Source of the DNA: an uncultured Verrucomicrobiota bacterium
Lineage (GTDB): Bacteria; Verrucomicrobiota; Verrucomicrobiia; Limisphaerales; Palsa-1400
Reading direction: 5' to 3'
NCBI GenBank assembly: GCA_964558455.1
Contig: CAZLEE010000002.1
Coordinates: 1 to 57,107, forward strand
Length of the DNA stretch: 57,107 nt
Position 1 is the stretch's first letter; the number at the start of each line of letters is the position of its first letter. Made by a program: the position numbers and the translations under genes. Of the stretch, positions 36,484 to 47,936 are shown one piece after another. The notes under the pieces are model-generated. The model saw only the letters and a program-made list of their open reading frames with translations. It was not told the DNA's origin and searched no databases.

Positions 36484-36876
36484 ATGCAAATCGCAAAACA
36501 ACTGGCGCTTTTTGTGGAAAATCGGCCTGGCACCCTGGCCCGTATTTGCGCGGCTTTGAGCGCGGCCAAAATTAATATTTACGCCATCTCCACCAGCGAC
36601 ACGGTGGATCATATCGTGGTGCGCATGGTGGTGAGCGATCCGGTCAAAGCGCTTTTCGTGTTTGAGGAACACGGCTCATTGGCGGTGGAAGACGATGTCC
36701 TGATGATAACCGGGGACAATAAACCCGGTTCGCTCGCCACCCTGGCCGGCAAACTGGCGAACGCGAAAATCAACATCGAATACGCCTACTGTGCCACGCC
36801 GCCGGACGCGAAAAAAGGATTGCTCATCATGCGCGTGTCGAATGTGAAGAAGGCGCTCAAGGTTCTGAATACTTGA
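36484..36876 (+). CDS. Tandem ACT-domain protein
   Basis: FVENRPGTLARI...INIYAIS and DNKPGSLA...INIEYAYC. Confidence 0.9.
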   Translation: MQIAKQLALFVENRPGTLARICAALSAAKINIYAISTSDTVDHIVVRMVVSDPVKALFVFEEHGSLAVEDDVLMITGDNKPGSLATLAGKLANAKINIEYAYCATPPDAKKGLLIMRVSNVKKALKVLNT

Positions 36877-36904
36877 CGCCCGATTTCCCGCGCCGGTTTG
36901 CCGC

Positions 36905-38068
36905 CTATCCGCTGCGCAGGAATTCGCCCGCCACCCAGTCGGCGTAACGCAGACCCTGCGGGGTCAATTGAAAACGGATCGCGTCCAGCCTGCCGTAGCC
37001 CAATTCGATCATGCGATGGATTTCGCCCGCCCACTCCTGCTGGAGATCAAAACCGGTTCGCTCCCGGAACAGGGCCAGCGGCCAGCCGGCAGTCATGCGC
37101 AAACCGAAAGCGGCGATTTCCCCGGCGCGAGCCAGCGGTGCCAATTCTTCGGTGGATTCGATGGCGCGCCGGCCTTCTTCCAAAAGGTCGCAATACATCG
37201 CGGTGTTGGACCAGTTTTTGGTCCGGGCGCCGCGCACGTAACCCGACGCGGAAGGTCCCAGGCCGTGAAAGGAGCCGCCCCGCCAGTAGTTGATATTATG
37301 CTGGCAGGCATGATCCGGCGTCTCGGCCGGCGCGGGCGAAAGGTGGCGGGCGAAGTTCGCCACTTCGTATTGTTGGAATCCGGCCCGGGCGGCGGCGGCG
37401 AGCAATTCGTCATACATGGCGCAGGCCAATTCCTCGTCGCGGGCTATCCGCCCGGCTTGCAATTGCTTGAACAAGGGGGTGTCGTCCTCGTAAATCACCT
37501 CGTAAGAGGAAAGATGCTCGCTGCCGAGAGCCACCGCCTCGGCCAATGTCCGGCGCCACATCTCCATGGTCTGGCCGGGAATGGCGAACATCAAATCGAT
37601 GTTCAAATTGTCGAAACCGGCGGCGCGCAAAATATCGAACGATTTGAAAATCATTTCGCGGCTGTGAATCCGCCCCAGCCGCTCCAGCAACGCCGCGTCA
37701 AATGATTGCACCCCCATGGAAACACGGTTGACGCCCCAATCGCGCAACAGCCGCGCCTTGTCGGCGGAAACGGTCGCCGGATTGCACTCCACCGTCCATT
37801 CCGCCGCGCCCAGCAGATGGAGGCGTTCCATGGCGCGGAAAACGCGCTCCCATTGTTGCAGGGTCAGGAGCGATGGCGTGCCGCCGCCGAAGAAAACAGC
37901 GCGCGGGCGCAACTCGGACGCGACCAATTCCATTTCGCGGATCAATCCGCCGACATAACGATTGATCAGGGCGCCGTCACCGGCCTCGGAATAAAAGGCG
38001 CAGTAGCCGCACTTTTTGGCGCAGAACGGCACATGCACATACAAATTGCGGACTGGCGAGTCGTCCAT
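36905..38068 (-). CDS. hemW: Radical SAM heme chaperone HemW
   Basis: YVHVPFCAKKCGYCAF (CxxxCxxC), FFGGGTPS, RVSMGVQSF, YEVANFA and the HemW-type HNINYW motif. Confidence 0.9.
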   Translation of the reverse strand: MDDSPVRNLYVHVPFCAKKCGYCAFYSEAGDGALINRYVGGLIREMELVASELRPRAVFFGGGTPSLLTLQQWERVFRAMERLHLLGAAEWTVECNPATVSADKARLLRDWGVNRVSMGVQSFDAALLERLGRIHSREMIFKSFDILRAAGFDNLNIDLMFAIPGQTMEMWRRTLAEAVALGSEHLSSYEVIYEDDTPLFKQLQAGRIARDEELACAMYDELLAAAARAGFQQYEVANFARHLSPAPAETPDHACQHNINYWRGGSFHGLGPSASGYVRGARTKNWSNTAMYCDLLEEGRRAIESTEELAPLARAGEIAAFGLRMTAGWPLALFRERTGFDLQQEWAGEIHRMIELGYGRLDAIRFQLTPQGLRYADWVAGEFLRSG

Positions 38069-38209
38069 TATTAAATAATTTTACAGGTTCCGAGACCGCG
38101 CGTAAACATAACCGTTGCAACCAAATAATGATACGACAAATCGTTGTGGCTCAAGCCTTGGAAGCGTCGTTCTTGCATTGTGCGCCCGGATTATTCATCT
38201 TAATCGCAT

Positions 38210-39592
38210 ATGAGCAATCAGTTTCGTACCGAATCCGACTCGATGGGTCCCATGCAAGTTCCGTCCACCGCTTATTACGGCGCGCAAACGGCCCGGGCCA
38301 TCGAAAATTTCCCCATCAGCAAACTGCGCTTTCCGCGCCCTTTCATCCGCGCCCTCGGTCTGATTAAAAAGAACGCCGCGCTGACCAACGAGGAGCTGGG
38401 CGGACTCAAACCCGAAATCGCTGCCGCCATTGTCAAGGCGGCCCAGGAAGTGGCCGACGGCAAGTGGGACGGCGAATTCGCCATTGATATTTTCCAAACG
38501 GGTTCGGGCACTTCGACGAACATGAACGCCAACGAGGTCATCGCCAATCGCGCCATCGAATTGCTTGGCGGCAAGATCGGCGAAAAATTGGTTCACCCCA
38601 ACGACCACGTCAATCGCGGACAATCCAGCAACGACGTCATCCCCACCGCCATGCATGTGGCGGCCCTCGACGGGATTGAAAATTCTCTCATCCCGGCCCT
38701 GACGGAATTGCAGGCGGCTTTGGCGGCAAAAGCCAGGGAATTTCACGACGTGCTCAAAATCGGACGCACTCATTTGCAGGATGCGACCCCTATCCGGCTT
38801 GGTCAGGAATTCGGCGGCTACGCCAGCCAGGTCCAACACGGCATCGCCCGGTTGCGCGCCGCGCAAAAAAATCTGGGCGAACTGGCGTTGGGCGGCACCG
38901 CTGTCGGCACCGGCATCAACACCCCCCCCACTTTCGCCAGGCTCACCATCGCGCGCCTGTCCAAGGAAACCGGCCTTGCCATGTGCGAGGCGCCCAACCA
39001 TTTTGAGGCGCAAGGCGGCAAAGACGCCGTGGTGGAAGCATCCGGGGCGCTCAAAACCGTCGCCGTCAGCCTGATAAAAATCGCCAACGACATCCGTTTC
39101 CTCGGCTCCGGTCCGCGCCTCGGCCTGGGCGAGCTGCAATTGCCTGCGACGCAGCCCGGCTCTTCCATCATGCCCGGCAAAGTGAACCCGGTGATGTGCG
39201 AAATGCTTTTGCAGGTTTGCACGCAGGTCTTGGGCAACGACACCTCAATCACGTTTGCGGGGAGTTTCGGGAATTTCGAGTTGAACGTCATGATGCCCGT
39301 CATGACCCACAACCTTCTCGAAGCCATCGAACTGCTGTCCAAAGGCAGTCAGGTATTCGCCCGCCGCTGCGTCAGCGGTCTGGAAGCCAACCGGGAAAAA
39401 TGCAACAGCAACCTGGAATTGAGTCTTTCCAACTGCACCATCCTCGCGCCGGTCATCGGTTACGACAAGGCGGCGAAAATCGCCAAGGTGGCCTTCCAGA
39501 CCAATCGCACCATCCGGCAGGTCGCCCTCGAAACCTCCGGGTTGGACAAAGCCAGGCTGGATGAGTTGCTGGACCCGGCCAAGCAAACCTAA
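38210..39592 (+). CDS. fumC: Class II fumarate hydratase
   Basis: RTESDSMG, FQTGSGTSTNMN, HPNDHVN, GRTHLQDATP and GSSIMPGKVNP. Confidence 0.97.
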   Translation: MSNQFRTESDSMGPMQVPSTAYYGAQTARAIENFPISKLRFPRPFIRALGLIKKNAALTNEELGGLKPEIAAAIVKAAQEVADGKWDGEFAIDIFQTGSGTSTNMNANEVIANRAIELLGGKIGEKLVHPNDHVNRGQSSNDVIPTAMHVAALDGIENSLIPALTELQAALAAKAREFHDVLKIGRTHLQDATPIRLGQEFGGYASQVQHGIARLRAAQKNLGELALGGTAVGTGINTPPTFARLTIARLSKETGLAMCEAPNHFEAQGGKDAVVEASGALKTVAVSLIKIANDIRFLGSGPRLGLGELQLPATQPGSSIMPGKVNPVMCEMLLQVCTQVLGNDTSITFAGSFGNFELNVMMPVMTHNLLEAIELLSKGSQVFARRCVSGLEANREKCNSNLELSLSNCTILAPVIGYDKAAKIAKVAFQTNRTIRQVALETSGLDKARLDELLDPAKQT

Positions 39593-39625
39593 CCGCGCCC
39601 TGGCGCGGATGGATGAAGTCATGGG

Positions 39626-39655
39626 GACAATCCGGCCGGCAGAGGCCGGATTGTC
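39626..39655. terminator. Strong intergenic hairpin between fumC and actA (possible terminator)
   Basis: Perfect 12-bp stem GACAATCCGGCC-ggcaga-GGCCGGATTGTC. A second short stem lies at 39593-39608. Confidence 0.5.
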
Positions 39656-39730
39656 GTGGAGTCCGGGTGGACCCAAAACATTTTGCATTGTTGTCCGGCT
39701 GTACTGATGTGTTGTAATTGACGCGTAGAA

Positions 39731-40384
39731 ATGTCTGACCTATTTCCAAAGTGGACCAATAATCTGCCGCGCAATATCATCATTGGCGCCCTTCTCGCCA
39801 GCACAGCCGTCACCGCCGGGGTCGGTTATTATTTCACGCCCAAATACACCCGGGCCGGTTACCAGCCGATTCAATCCGTCGCTTTCCCCCACGACGCGCA
39901 TGTGACCCAATTGGGACTCGATTGCCGTTACTGCCACAGCGGCGTCGAAAAGTCGTGGTATTCCAACATCCCCGCCACCTCGGTCTGCATGAATTGCCAC
40001 AACCAGGTGTTAAAAGATGACGAGCGACTGGCGGCGGTGCGGGAAAGCGCGGCCACGGGCAAACCGATCCCGTGGGTGCAGATTCATAAATTGCCGGACT
40101 ACGTCTATTTCAACCACGCCGTCCATGTGAACCGCGGCGTCAGTTGCGTCGAATGTCACGGCCAGATCAACCGCATGGATGAATCTTACCATGCCAAACC
40201 GTTGAGCATGTCTTTTTGTCTGGACTGCCATCGCGACCCCGCCCAACACCTGCGGGCGTTGGATAAAATCACCGATCTGGATTGGAAAGCGCCAAACGAG
40301 GACATGCAACGGGCCGGCGGACGGAAGCTCGCCCATGATTGGCATGTTCAATCGCTGCAAAATTGCTCGACCTGCCACCGATGA
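39731..40384 (+). CDS. actA: Alternative complex III pentaheme cytochrome c subunit
   Basis: N-terminal TM, QPIQSVAFPH and five CxxCH motifs (CRYCH, CMNCH, CVECH, CLDCH, CSTCH). Confidence 0.93.
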   Translation: MSDLFPKWTNNLPRNIIIGALLASTAVTAGVGYYFTPKYTRAGYQPIQSVAFPHDAHVTQLGLDCRYCHSGVEKSWYSNIPATSVCMNCHNQVLKDDERLAAVRESAATGKPIPWVQIHKLPDYVYFNHAVHVNRGVSCVECHGQINRMDESYHAKPLSMSFCLDCHRDPAQHLRALDKITDLDWKAPNEDMQRAGGRKLAHDWHVQSLQNCSTCHR

Positions 40385-43300
40385 AAACGATTCCTCCATC
40401 CTGTCCCGGGCCGGAAACAGGCCCGAGGTATTGGCGCAGTTTGGATCAACTGGCCAACACCCCGGAATTCCGCCAATGGGCGGAACGCGAATTTCCGGCC
40501 GGCGCGGATGACTTGAGGGACCCGCTTTCCCGCCGCAGTTTCGTCAAAATCATGTCGGCTTCTTTTCTGCTGGCCGGCTTGGGCGCGACCGGCTGCCGCC
40601 GCCCGGTTGAGAAGATTTATCCCTTTGCCAAAATGCCGGAGAATTACGTTCACGGCGTCCCGCAGTATTTTGCGACCGCCATGCCAACGCGCCGCACGGC
40701 CATCCCCCTGCTGGCAAAGTCCCACGAGGGCCGGCCCGTGAAAGTCGAGGGCAATCCCGATCATCCCGACAGCAACGGCGGCACCGATGCTCTGGCGCAA
40801 GCTTCCATTCTCGGTCTTTACGATCCGGATCGCGCCATGCGTTTCGCCCGCAATGGTTCGGGCGAAAGCCGCCAGGCTGCCTTGGACGCCCTGACCTTCA
40901 TTTCAAAAAACCTGGGGGATGGCGCCGGGCTGGCTTTTCTGCTCGAACAAAGCAGCTCCCCTTCCCGCTCGCGACTGCAACAGGCCATTTCTGAAAAATT
41001 TCCCAAGGCAAGCTGGCATATCTATGAGCCGGTCGATCTCGATTTGCCGCGTCGAGCCGCGTCGCTCAGTCACAACAGCCCGGTCGGGCCTTTTTACAAG
41101 CTGGACGAGGCGTCGGTGATTCTTGCCCTGGACTGCGATTTTATCGGCAGCGAGGAAAATTCTGTCAATAACATCCGCCGCTTCGCCCAAGGCCGTCATT
41201 TGGACGGCAGGAAAAGCCCGATGAGCCGGTTGTACGCGGTGGAAAGTCTTTTCACCCTGACCGGCGCCAACGCCGACCATCGTTTGCGCGTCGCTCCCAG
41301 CCTGCTCGTCCCGCTGCTGGCCCGTCTGGCGCTCAACATTCTGGATCCGTCCGACATGGATTCGCAATTGAATGAGCTGGCCGCCCCGGCCCAGGCCCAT
41401 GACGACTGGATTATTCCCTGCGCCACGGACCTCAAAGCCCATCCCGGCAAAAGCCTGGTCATGGGCGGCTACCGTCTGCCGCCCGCCGCGCATTTGCTGG
41501 TGGCGGCAATGAACGAGGCGCTGGGATCTGTCAATCATACTCTCGAATACCATCCGGTTCAGTCGTCCGCGGAAGGGACGATTGCCGAGTTGGCCGGCGC
41601 GCTCAACGCCGGACAGGTTCAAACCCTGGTCATTCTCGGCGGCAATCCCGCCTACAACGCGCCCGTTGACTTGAACTGGCCGCAAGCGCAAGCCAAAGCG
41701 GGAATGGTTATCCGCCTCGGTAACTACGAAGACGAAACTTCATGGAACGCCGCCTTGCACCCCGACCGTCAATGGGATTTGCCGGCGGCCCATTATCTCG
41801 AAGCCTGGGACGACGCCCGCACCGCAGACGGCTCCGTCGTGCCAATTCAGCCGCTGATTGAACCCTTGTTTGGCGGTTTGACCGAATTGGAGGTGCTCGC
41901 CACCATCGGCGGCCTTTCCCCAACCAGCCCGTATGAAATCGTCCGTCAAACCCATCGCAAAATGAGCGGGGACGACGAAAACAGTTGGCGAAAATTTCTG
42001 CATGACGGTTTTCTGGCCGGCAGCGCGTCGGCAAAAGCGGTGGTGCAATATGATCCGGCGGCGTTGGGGCAGGCATTGGATCAGATCAAATCAGATGGTT
42101 CCGTAGCGACCAGCGCCAGGCTGGATGTGATTTTTTACCGGGATGCGAAGGTGGACGACGGACGCTACAACAACAACGGCTGGTTGCAGGAATTGCCCGA
42201 TCCGGTGACAAAATTGACTTGGGACAACGCCGTTTTGATCAGCCCGAAAACCGCCAGGGACCTGGGTGTTTTCACGGAACGTCTTCGTCAGAGCCAGCAG
42301 TTTTTCAATTGCGTCGTCGAAATCAAACTGGGTGGCCGCTCCATTCGCGGCCCGGTTTGGGTACAGCCCGGCATGGCCGACAACACCGTCGGACTGGCCT
42401 TGGGCTACGGACGACAAAAAACCGGACGGGTCGGCGCCGGCACGGGTTTCAATGCTTATGCCATCCGCGGCAGCAACGCGCTCCATTACGCATCCGGGGC
42501 CGAACTGGTCAAAATCAGCGGCACGAGCTACGAACTGGCCAACACCCAAAGCCACTGGCACATGGAGGGCCGCCCGATCGTGCGCGAAGCCAATCTGGAT
42601 CAGTTCCGGCGGGACCCGGCCTTTGCCAAAAGGATGCGGCCGGAATTGCCGGCCAACTCCGGCTCGCTTTATCCCAATCCGCTGGATGAGACGAAAAAAA
42701 ACGCCCTGCATCAATGGGGCATGTCGATTGATTTAAACCGGTGCGTTGGCTGCTCCGCCTGCATGATCGCCTGCCAAAGCGAAAACAATATCCCGATTGT
42801 GGGCAAGGATATGGTCGGCAAAAGCCGTGAAATGCACTGGATCCGCATTGACCGCTATTACGCCGGACCGGAAAAAAATCCGGACGAGGAACCGCAAGCC
42901 GTTATGCAGCCAATGCTCTGCCAGCACTGCGAAATGGCTCCTTGCGAAAGTGTTTGCCCGGTCAACGCCACCTCGCACGACGACGAGGGTTTGAACGTCA
43001 TGACCTACAACCGGTGCGTCGGCACGCGCTATTGTTCAAACAACTGCCCGTATAAGGTCCGGCGTTTCAATTTTTTCGATTACAACCGCCGCCCGCTCAA
43101 TCATCTTTACCAAAGCCCGCTCGTCATGACCACGGACGGCGAATGGGAACTGTGGCGCTGGCTCAAGAACCCGGACAAAGGCAATCTGCCGGAAGACGAA
43201 TGGCAACTGGCCCGGCTGGTGAAAAACCCGGATGTCACCGTCCGCATGCGCGGCGTCATGGAAAAATGCAGCTTCTGCTTGCAGCGCATCGAGCAGGCCA

Positions 43301-43644
43301 GGATCGCCCAAAAAATCAAGGCGCGCGACAGCGACAATATCCGCCTTTCGGAAAAAGACGGAACCATCCCCCGGACCGCCTGCCAGCAAGCCTGCCCGGC
43401 GGAGGCGATCCTTTTTGGCGACATTTCCGATCCTGAGAGCCAGGTGAGCAAGGCCAAGAAACAGGAACGCGACTACGCCGTCCTGGAATTTCTTCTGACC
43501 AAGCCGCGCACCACTTACCTGGCAAAAGTCCGCAATCCCAACCAGGAAATGCCGGACTACAAACGGCATTCCATGCCTTATACGACCGAAGAATTCAAGA
43601 GAGCGGGCGGCGCTTCTGTTGAAAGCGGGAAAGGCCCTCTCTAA
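40381..43644 (+). CDS. actB: Alternative complex III subunit B (molybdopterin-oxidoreductase-like fold plus Fe-S domain, Tat)
   Basis: [68 protein letters not shown] and MEKCSFC. Confidence 0.95.
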   Translation: MKTIPPSCPGPETGPRYWRSLDQLANTPEFRQWAEREFPAGADDLRDPLSRRSFVKIMSASFLLAGLGATGCRRPVEKIYPFAKMPENYVHGVPQYFATAMPTRRTAIPLLAKSHEGRPVKVEGNPDHPDSNGGTDALAQASILGLYDPDRAMRFARNGSGESRQAALDALTFISKNLGDGAGLAFLLEQSSSPSRSRLQQAISEKFPKASWHIYEPVDLDLPRRAASLSHNSPVGPFYKLDEASVILALDCDFIGSEENSVNNIRRFAQGRHLDGRKSPMSRLYAVESLFTLTGANADHRLRVAPSLLVPLLARLALNILDPSDMDSQLNELAAPAQAHDDWIIPCATDLKAHPGKSLVMGGYRLPPAAHLLVAAMNEALGSVNHTLEYHPVQSSAEGTIAELAGALNAGQVQTLVILGGNPAYNAPVDLNWPQAQAKAGMVIRLGNYEDETSWNAALHPDRQWDLPAAHYLEAWDDARTADGSVVPIQPLIEPLFGGLTELEVLATIGGLSPTSPYEIVRQTHRKMSGDDENSWRKFLHDGFLAGSASAKAVVQYDPAALGQALDQIKSDGSVATSARLDVIFYRDAKVDDGRYNNNGWLQELPDPVTKLTWDNAVLISPKTARDLGVFTERLRQSQQFFNCVVEIKLGGRSIRGPVWVQPGMADNTVGLALGYGRQKTGRVGAGTGFNAYAIRGSNALHYASGAELVKISGTSYELANTQSHWHMEGRPIVREANLDQFRRDPAFAKRMRPELPANSGSLYPNPLDETKKNALHQWGMSIDLNRCVGCSACMIACQSENNIPIVGKDMVGKSREMHWIRIDRYYAGPEKNPDEEPQAVMQPMLCQHCEMAPCESVCPVNATSHDDEGLNVMTYNRCVGTRYCSNNCPYKVRRFNFFDYNRRPLNHLYQSPLVMTTDGEWELWRWLKNPDKGNLPEDEWQLARLVKNPDVTVRMRGVMEKCSFCLQRIEQARIAQKIKARDSDNIRLSEKDGTIPRTACQQACPAEAILFGDISDPESQVSKAKKQERDYAVLEFLLTKPRTTYLAKVRNPNQEMPDYKRHSMPYTTEEFKRAGGASVESGKGPL

Positions 43645-45131
43645 TGGATCATTTCCCCGCCAGTTCATTGGTAGTGGATGAGCCGAAATTGCGGGTGCAG
43701 GCGCCGCCGCCGGCGTTGGAGCGCGCGCCGTTGGTAAACAACCTTCGCAGCCCCGGCTGGATTTCCGACCGGATTGCCAGCGTCATTGAGGGCGGGACGC
43801 CGGGTTGGTGGAAAATCAGTTTCGGCATCAGTGTGACCCTTATGACCCTTTGCTTCGCGATGGTTCTCTGGCTCATGTCCACCGGCGTCGGCCTCTGGGG
43901 CAATCAACATCCGATGATGTGGGGCTGGGCGATTATCAACTTCGTCTGGTGGATCGGCATCGGCCACGCCGGGACGTTGATTTCGTCCATCTTGTTTCTG
44001 CTTCGCCAGCGCTGGCGCACGTCCATCAACCGCACGGCCGAGGCCATGACCATTTTTGCCGTGGTGTGCGCAGGCCTGTTCCCGCTCATTCACATCGGGC
44101 GGATTTGGCTGGGTTGGTGGTTGTTGTCCTTTCCCAACTCGAACAATATCTGGCCGCAATTCCGTTCGCCGCTGATGTGGGACGTGTTTGCCGTCTCGAC
44201 CTATTTCACCGTGTCGGTGCTCTTCTGGTACATGGGATTGATCCCCGACCTGGCGGTTATGCGGGACCGGGCCAAAACCAAAATACGGAAATTCGCCTAC
44301 GGACTGTTCTCGTTGGGCTGGACCGGATCCACCCGCCATTGGAGCAATTACGAAAAAGCCTATCTGATTCTGGCCGGCCTTTCCACGGTGTTGGTGCTGT
44401 CGGTTCATTCCATCGTGTCGCTGGACTTCTCCGTTTCGCAGCTTCCGGGCTGGCACACCACCATTTTCCCGCCCTACTTCGTCGCCGGCGCGGTCTATTC
44501 CGGCTTCGGCATGGTGCTGACACTGCTGATTCCCTTGCGCCGGCTGCTCAAACTCGAGGATATCATCACCGTCCGGCATGTGGATTTGATGTGCAAAATC
44601 GCCCTGACCACCGGCTCCATTGTCGGTTACGCCTACTGCATGGAATTTTTCATCGCTTGGTATGGCGGCAATCCTAACGAAAAGTTCATGTTCTTCCACA
44701 ATCGCGCGGCGGACCCGTTCATTTTCGGCCCGCTCCTCGGCATCCAGCCCGCTCCTTATTGGTGGGCTTTCTGGACCATGGTTTTCTGCAACGTCGTCGT
44801 GCCGCAATTTTTCTGGTTCAAAAAAATCCGGTCCGGCCTGTGGTTCGTTTTCGGGTTGGCGATCCTGATTAACGTCGGCATGTGGTTCGAACGTTTTGTC
44901 ATCGTCATCACTTCCTTGCAACGGGATTTTCTCCCGTCCAACTGGAGTGATTACAGCCCGACATTCGTGGACGTCCTGCAATTTCTTGGGACGTTCGGAT
45001 TGTTCTTCACCCTGTTCCTGCTCTTCCTGCGTTTCGTGCCGTTAATCGCCATCGCCGAAGTCAAGGGCGTCACCCCGCAGGCTGATCCTCATCATCCGCT
45101 CGGCGGCGCAAAAATAGGAGGGAAACTCTGA
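43644..45131 (+). CDS. actC: Alternative complex III subunit C (NrfD/PsrC family, quinol-binding)
   Basis: [45 protein letters not shown] and [11 protein letters not shown]. Confidence 0.95.
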   Translation: MDHFPASSLVVDEPKLRVQAPPPALERAPLVNNLRSPGWISDRIASVIEGGTPGWWKISFGISVTLMTLCFAMVLWLMSTGVGLWGNQHPMMWGWAIINFVWWIGIGHAGTLISSILFLLRQRWRTSINRTAEAMTIFAVVCAGLFPLIHIGRIWLGWWLLSFPNSNNIWPQFRSPLMWDVFAVSTYFTVSVLFWYMGLIPDLAVMRDRAKTKIRKFAYGLFSLGWTGSTRHWSNYEKAYLILAGLSTVLVLSVHSIVSLDFSVSQLPGWHTTIFPPYFVAGAVYSGFGMVLTLLIPLRRLLKLEDIITVRHVDLMCKIALTTGSIVGYAYCMEFFIAWYGGNPNEKFMFFHNRAADPFIFGPLLGIQPAPYWWAFWTMVFCNVVVPQFFWFKKIRSGLWFVFGLAILINVGMWFERFVIVITSLQRDFLPSNWSDYSPTFVDVLQFLGTFGLFFTLFLLFLRFVPLIAIAEVKGVTPQADPHHPLGGAKIGGKL

Positions 45132-45661
45132 TGCCGGGGGTTTACGCAATCATGGCGGAATTCGAGACGCCCGCAGCCACGCTGCACGCCGCCGAAAAAG
45201 TGTATGACGCGGGTTTCCGCGACTGGGACGTTTTCACCCCCTATCCCGTTCACGGCATGGACCAGGCCATGGGCATTAAAAATTCCAAGGTCGGATGGTT
45301 TACCTTTATTGGCGGTTGCGCCGGCTACCTGACGGGCATGTTGATGATTTGGTTCATGAACGCGGTGGATTACCGCATTATCATCGGCGGCAAACCGATG
45401 TTCAGCCCGTTCGCCGCCTTCCCGCCGTCTTACGAATTGGCCATCTTGTTTGGCTCCTTTGGCGCCTTGCTTGGCATGCTCTTTTTGAACCGCCTGCCCC
45501 GCCTGCATCATCCGCTGCTCAAAAACGCCCGGTTCGCCCTCGCCACCCACGACCGCTTTTTCCTCGTGATTGAAACCGGCGACGCCAAATTCTCCGATCT
45601 CGAAACCCGCCGTCTGCTCGAATCCCTCGGCAGCCGGCACATCGAATGGGTGGAGGAATAA
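45131..45661 (+). CDS. actD: Alternative complex III subunit D (DUF3341)
   Basis: AEFETP, DVFTPYPVHG, IIGGKP, PPSYELAILF and DRFFLVI. Confidence 0.93.
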   Translation: MPGVYAIMAEFETPAATLHAAEKVYDAGFRDWDVFTPYPVHGMDQAMGIKNSKVGWFTFIGGCAGYLTGMLMIWFMNAVDYRIIIGGKPMFSPFAAFPPSYELAILFGSFGALLGMLFLNRLPRLHHPLLKNARFALATHDRFFLVIETGDAKFSDLETRRLLESLGSRHIEWVEE

Positions 45662-46305
45662 TGCGTTACTTTCTGCTCCTTTTTCTTTTAAGCATTATCA
45701 CCGTGGTGGAGATTTGCGGGTTTCAGGGCAGCCGCAGCCGCCGGCCCCCCATTGAATTATTCCCGGACATGGTTCGACAAAACAAAGTCAGGCCCCAAAC
45801 AGCCGGCGATTTCTTTGCCGACCAGCTTTCCTCGCGCCCGATCCCGGCCGGAACGATCCCGCGCCAGCCGGCCATCGTCATCAACGGCCAGTTGGTTTAT
45901 CCCTATGAGGATTCGCCCGTCAATACCGGCAAAATCCCAGGCACGACCAATTTCATCGCCATCAACCCCCTGCCCCCGACCCGCCAATTGCTTGATCGCG
46001 GCCAGAAGCGGTATCAAATCAATTGTCTGCCCTGCCATGGACCGCTGGGCGACGGTCGGGGGATCACGAGCAAATACAACATGTTTTCCATGGCCAATTT
46101 TCACGACCAACGGCTGGTGGACATGCCGGACGGCGAAATTTTTGACACCATCACCCACGGCAAGAATTTGATGGGATCCTATGGCGCTCACCTGACCATC
46201 GAAGAGCGCTGGGCCATTATTTATTACGTGCGCGCGCTGGAAAGAAGCCAGTTAGGCTCCGTCGGGGACGTGCCGGAACCGGAACGCGCCCAATTCAAAA
46301 AATAA
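45661..46305 (+). CDS. actE: Alternative complex III subunit E (monoheme cytochrome c)
   Basis: PDMVRQ, RGQKRYQINCLPCHG, ITHGKNLMGSY and ERWAII. Confidence 0.92.
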   Translation: MRYFLLLFLLSIITVVEICGFQGSRSRRPPIELFPDMVRQNKVRPQTAGDFFADQLSSRPIPAGTIPRQPAIVINGQLVYPYEDSPVNTGKIPGTTNFIAINPLPPTRQLLDRGQKRYQINCLPCHGPLGDGRGITSKYNMFSMANFHDQRLVDMPDGEIFDTITHGKNLMGSYGAHLTIEERWAIIYYVRALERSQLGSVGDVPEPERAQFKK

Positions 46306-46308
46306 GTT

Positions 46309-47562
46309 ATGAGTTTGGATAAATATACGCCGCAGACCGCGCCGCTGGATGTTTCCAGATGGCGCAATTTGCCGGTGATACTGATCGTCGCGGGGGCGAT
46401 TGGCGTTTTTGGCGGGGTGGCCTTGAGCGGTGACCCTGTCCGGCAATTTGCCTTTTCTTGGCTTCTGGGATTCATGTTTTGTTTGAGTTTTGGGTTGGGC
46501 GGTTTTTTCCTGGTCATGATTCACCATCTGGTGGACGCCAGTTGGTCCGTCCCCATCCGGCGCGTGACTGAAACGCTTGCCTGCCTGTTGTGCCCGGCCA
46601 TGTTGATTTTGTTCCTGCCCGTGGCCTTCCTCGCGCCCAAAATCTATCCGTGGCTTCGCCCGTCCGAACAAATGCATCCGAACCATGCGCTCGCCTCCAA
46701 ATATCCCCTTTTCACTGCTCTGGGATTTTATATCACGGCGGCGGTGCTGTTCGCGGTGTGGTGGATTTTTACCAGCGCCCTGCGCCGTTGGTCGGTGAAA
46801 CAAGACGAAACCGGCGCGGCCGAATGCACGTACAAAATGCGGTTTTATTCGTGCCTCGGCATCGTTTTTTTTGCCTTCACTGTGACGATGGCCTCGGTCA
46901 TGTGGATGAAGGGTTTGATGGATGAATGGTATTCGACCGTGTATGGAGTCTGTTATTTCGCCGCGTCCGTCTGGACGACGCTGCCCACGGTCTATCTGAT
47001 TGTGCTGGTCTTGCAGCGCGCGGGGGTTTTGAGAGGCGTGGTCAGCGGCAAGACGTACTACTTCATGGGTTCTCTGTTCTTCGCCTTCACCGTTTTCTGG
47101 GCCTACGTCAATTTCATCCAGTATTTCGTCATCTGGAACGCCAACATGCCCGAGGAAACCTTCTGGTACCTGGCGCGCGAAACTGGAACATGGAAGCACG
47201 TCGGGCAATACGTGATTATTTTCGGACATTTTTTCATTCCGTTCCTGATGCTGCTGCGCATTGATTTTAAGTTGAAGTTGTCGGTCATGTTCCCGCTCGC
47301 CGTCTGGGCGTGGTTGATGCATTTTGTGGACATTGAGTTCCAAATCATGCCGGTCTTGCACAAACAATCCATTCTCACACCGGGACTTTTGTCCGACGCA
47401 GGATGCGTCTTGTTGATGGCTGGCATTTTGGCCAGGACTTTCGTCGTTTCGTTCAGCCGTCACGCGCCCTATCCGCAGAGGGACCCCCGCATGGCTGAAT
47501 CTCTGGGCATTTACGTTCCCTCTTCCTCTGACCTTTCAACCGCATCGGAGCGCGCCAAATGA
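46309..47562 (+). CDS. actF: Alternative complex III subunit F
   Basis: About 10 TM segments, WSVPIRR, WYSTVYG, FWAYVNFIQYFVIWNANMPEET and HFFIPF. Confidence 0.92.
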   Translation: MSLDKYTPQTAPLDVSRWRNLPVILIVAGAIGVFGGVALSGDPVRQFAFSWLLGFMFCLSFGLGGFFLVMIHHLVDASWSVPIRRVTETLACLLCPAMLILFLPVAFLAPKIYPWLRPSEQMHPNHALASKYPLFTALGFYITAAVLFAVWWIFTSALRRWSVKQDETGAAECTYKMRFYSCLGIVFFAFTVTMASVMWMKGLMDEWYSTVYGVCYFAASVWTTLPTVYLIVLVLQRAGVLRGVVSGKTYYFMGSLFFAFTVFWAYVNFIQYFVIWNANMPEETFWYLARETGTWKHVGQYVIIFGHFFIPFLMLLRIDFKLKLSVMFPLAVWAWLMHFVDIEFQIMPVLHKQSILTPGLLSDAGCVLLMAGILARTFVVSFSRHAPYPQRDPRMAESLGIYVPSSSDLSTASERAK

Positions 47563-47936
47563 GACTGGAATCCCGCCATGCCAATCCGCAAACCGCCGTC
47601 AATGTCGCGGCCATTCTGGCGGCGTTCCTGGTCATGGGTTTTCTGGTCGCCCTGATGCGGCACTACACCGCGACGCCGTCTCTCGCCCAGACGCGCGGGG
47701 CGGAGCGCATGAAAATCCTGGCGGACTTCAAAGCCGCCAACGAACCGTTCCTGGAAAAATACGATTGGCAGGACAAGGATAGGGGCATAATCCACATTCC
47801 GATCACGCGCGCCAAAGATCTGGTTTTGGAGGAGTGGCAGAATCCGGCCGCGGGTCGTTCCAATTTGATTGAACGGGCCGCCAAAGCCTTTGCCCCCCTG
47901 CCCAAGCCGGCCCCGGTGAAGAATGAATATGAATAG
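47559..47936 (+). CDS. actG: ActG-like single-TM subunit
   Basis: One TM followed by YDWQDKDRGIIHIPITRAKDL, matching the recalled ActG Y-W-D...G...IPI-RA motif. Overlaps actF by 4 nt. Confidence 0.75.
   Translation: MRLESRHANPQTAVNVAAILAAFLVMGFLVALMRHYTATPSLAQTRGAERMKILADFKAANEPFLEKYDWQDKDRGIIHIPITRAKDLVLEEWQNPAAGRSNLIERAAKAFAPLPKPAPVKNEYE

Noticed and set aside
40381-43644. Molybdoenzyme (nitrate, formate or polysulfide reductase)
   Set aside because: The actA-C-D-E-F context identifies it as ActB, which has the fold but is known not to bind molybdopterin.
14183-47463. Long alternative ORFs such as 14183-15643(-), 15936-17315(-), 21521-22870(+), 22928-24619(+), 25372-27246(+), 43665-44981(-) and 46252-47463(-)
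   Set aside because: They are antisense or alternate-frame shadows of well-supported genes, as expected in high-GC DNA, and have no recognisable motifs.
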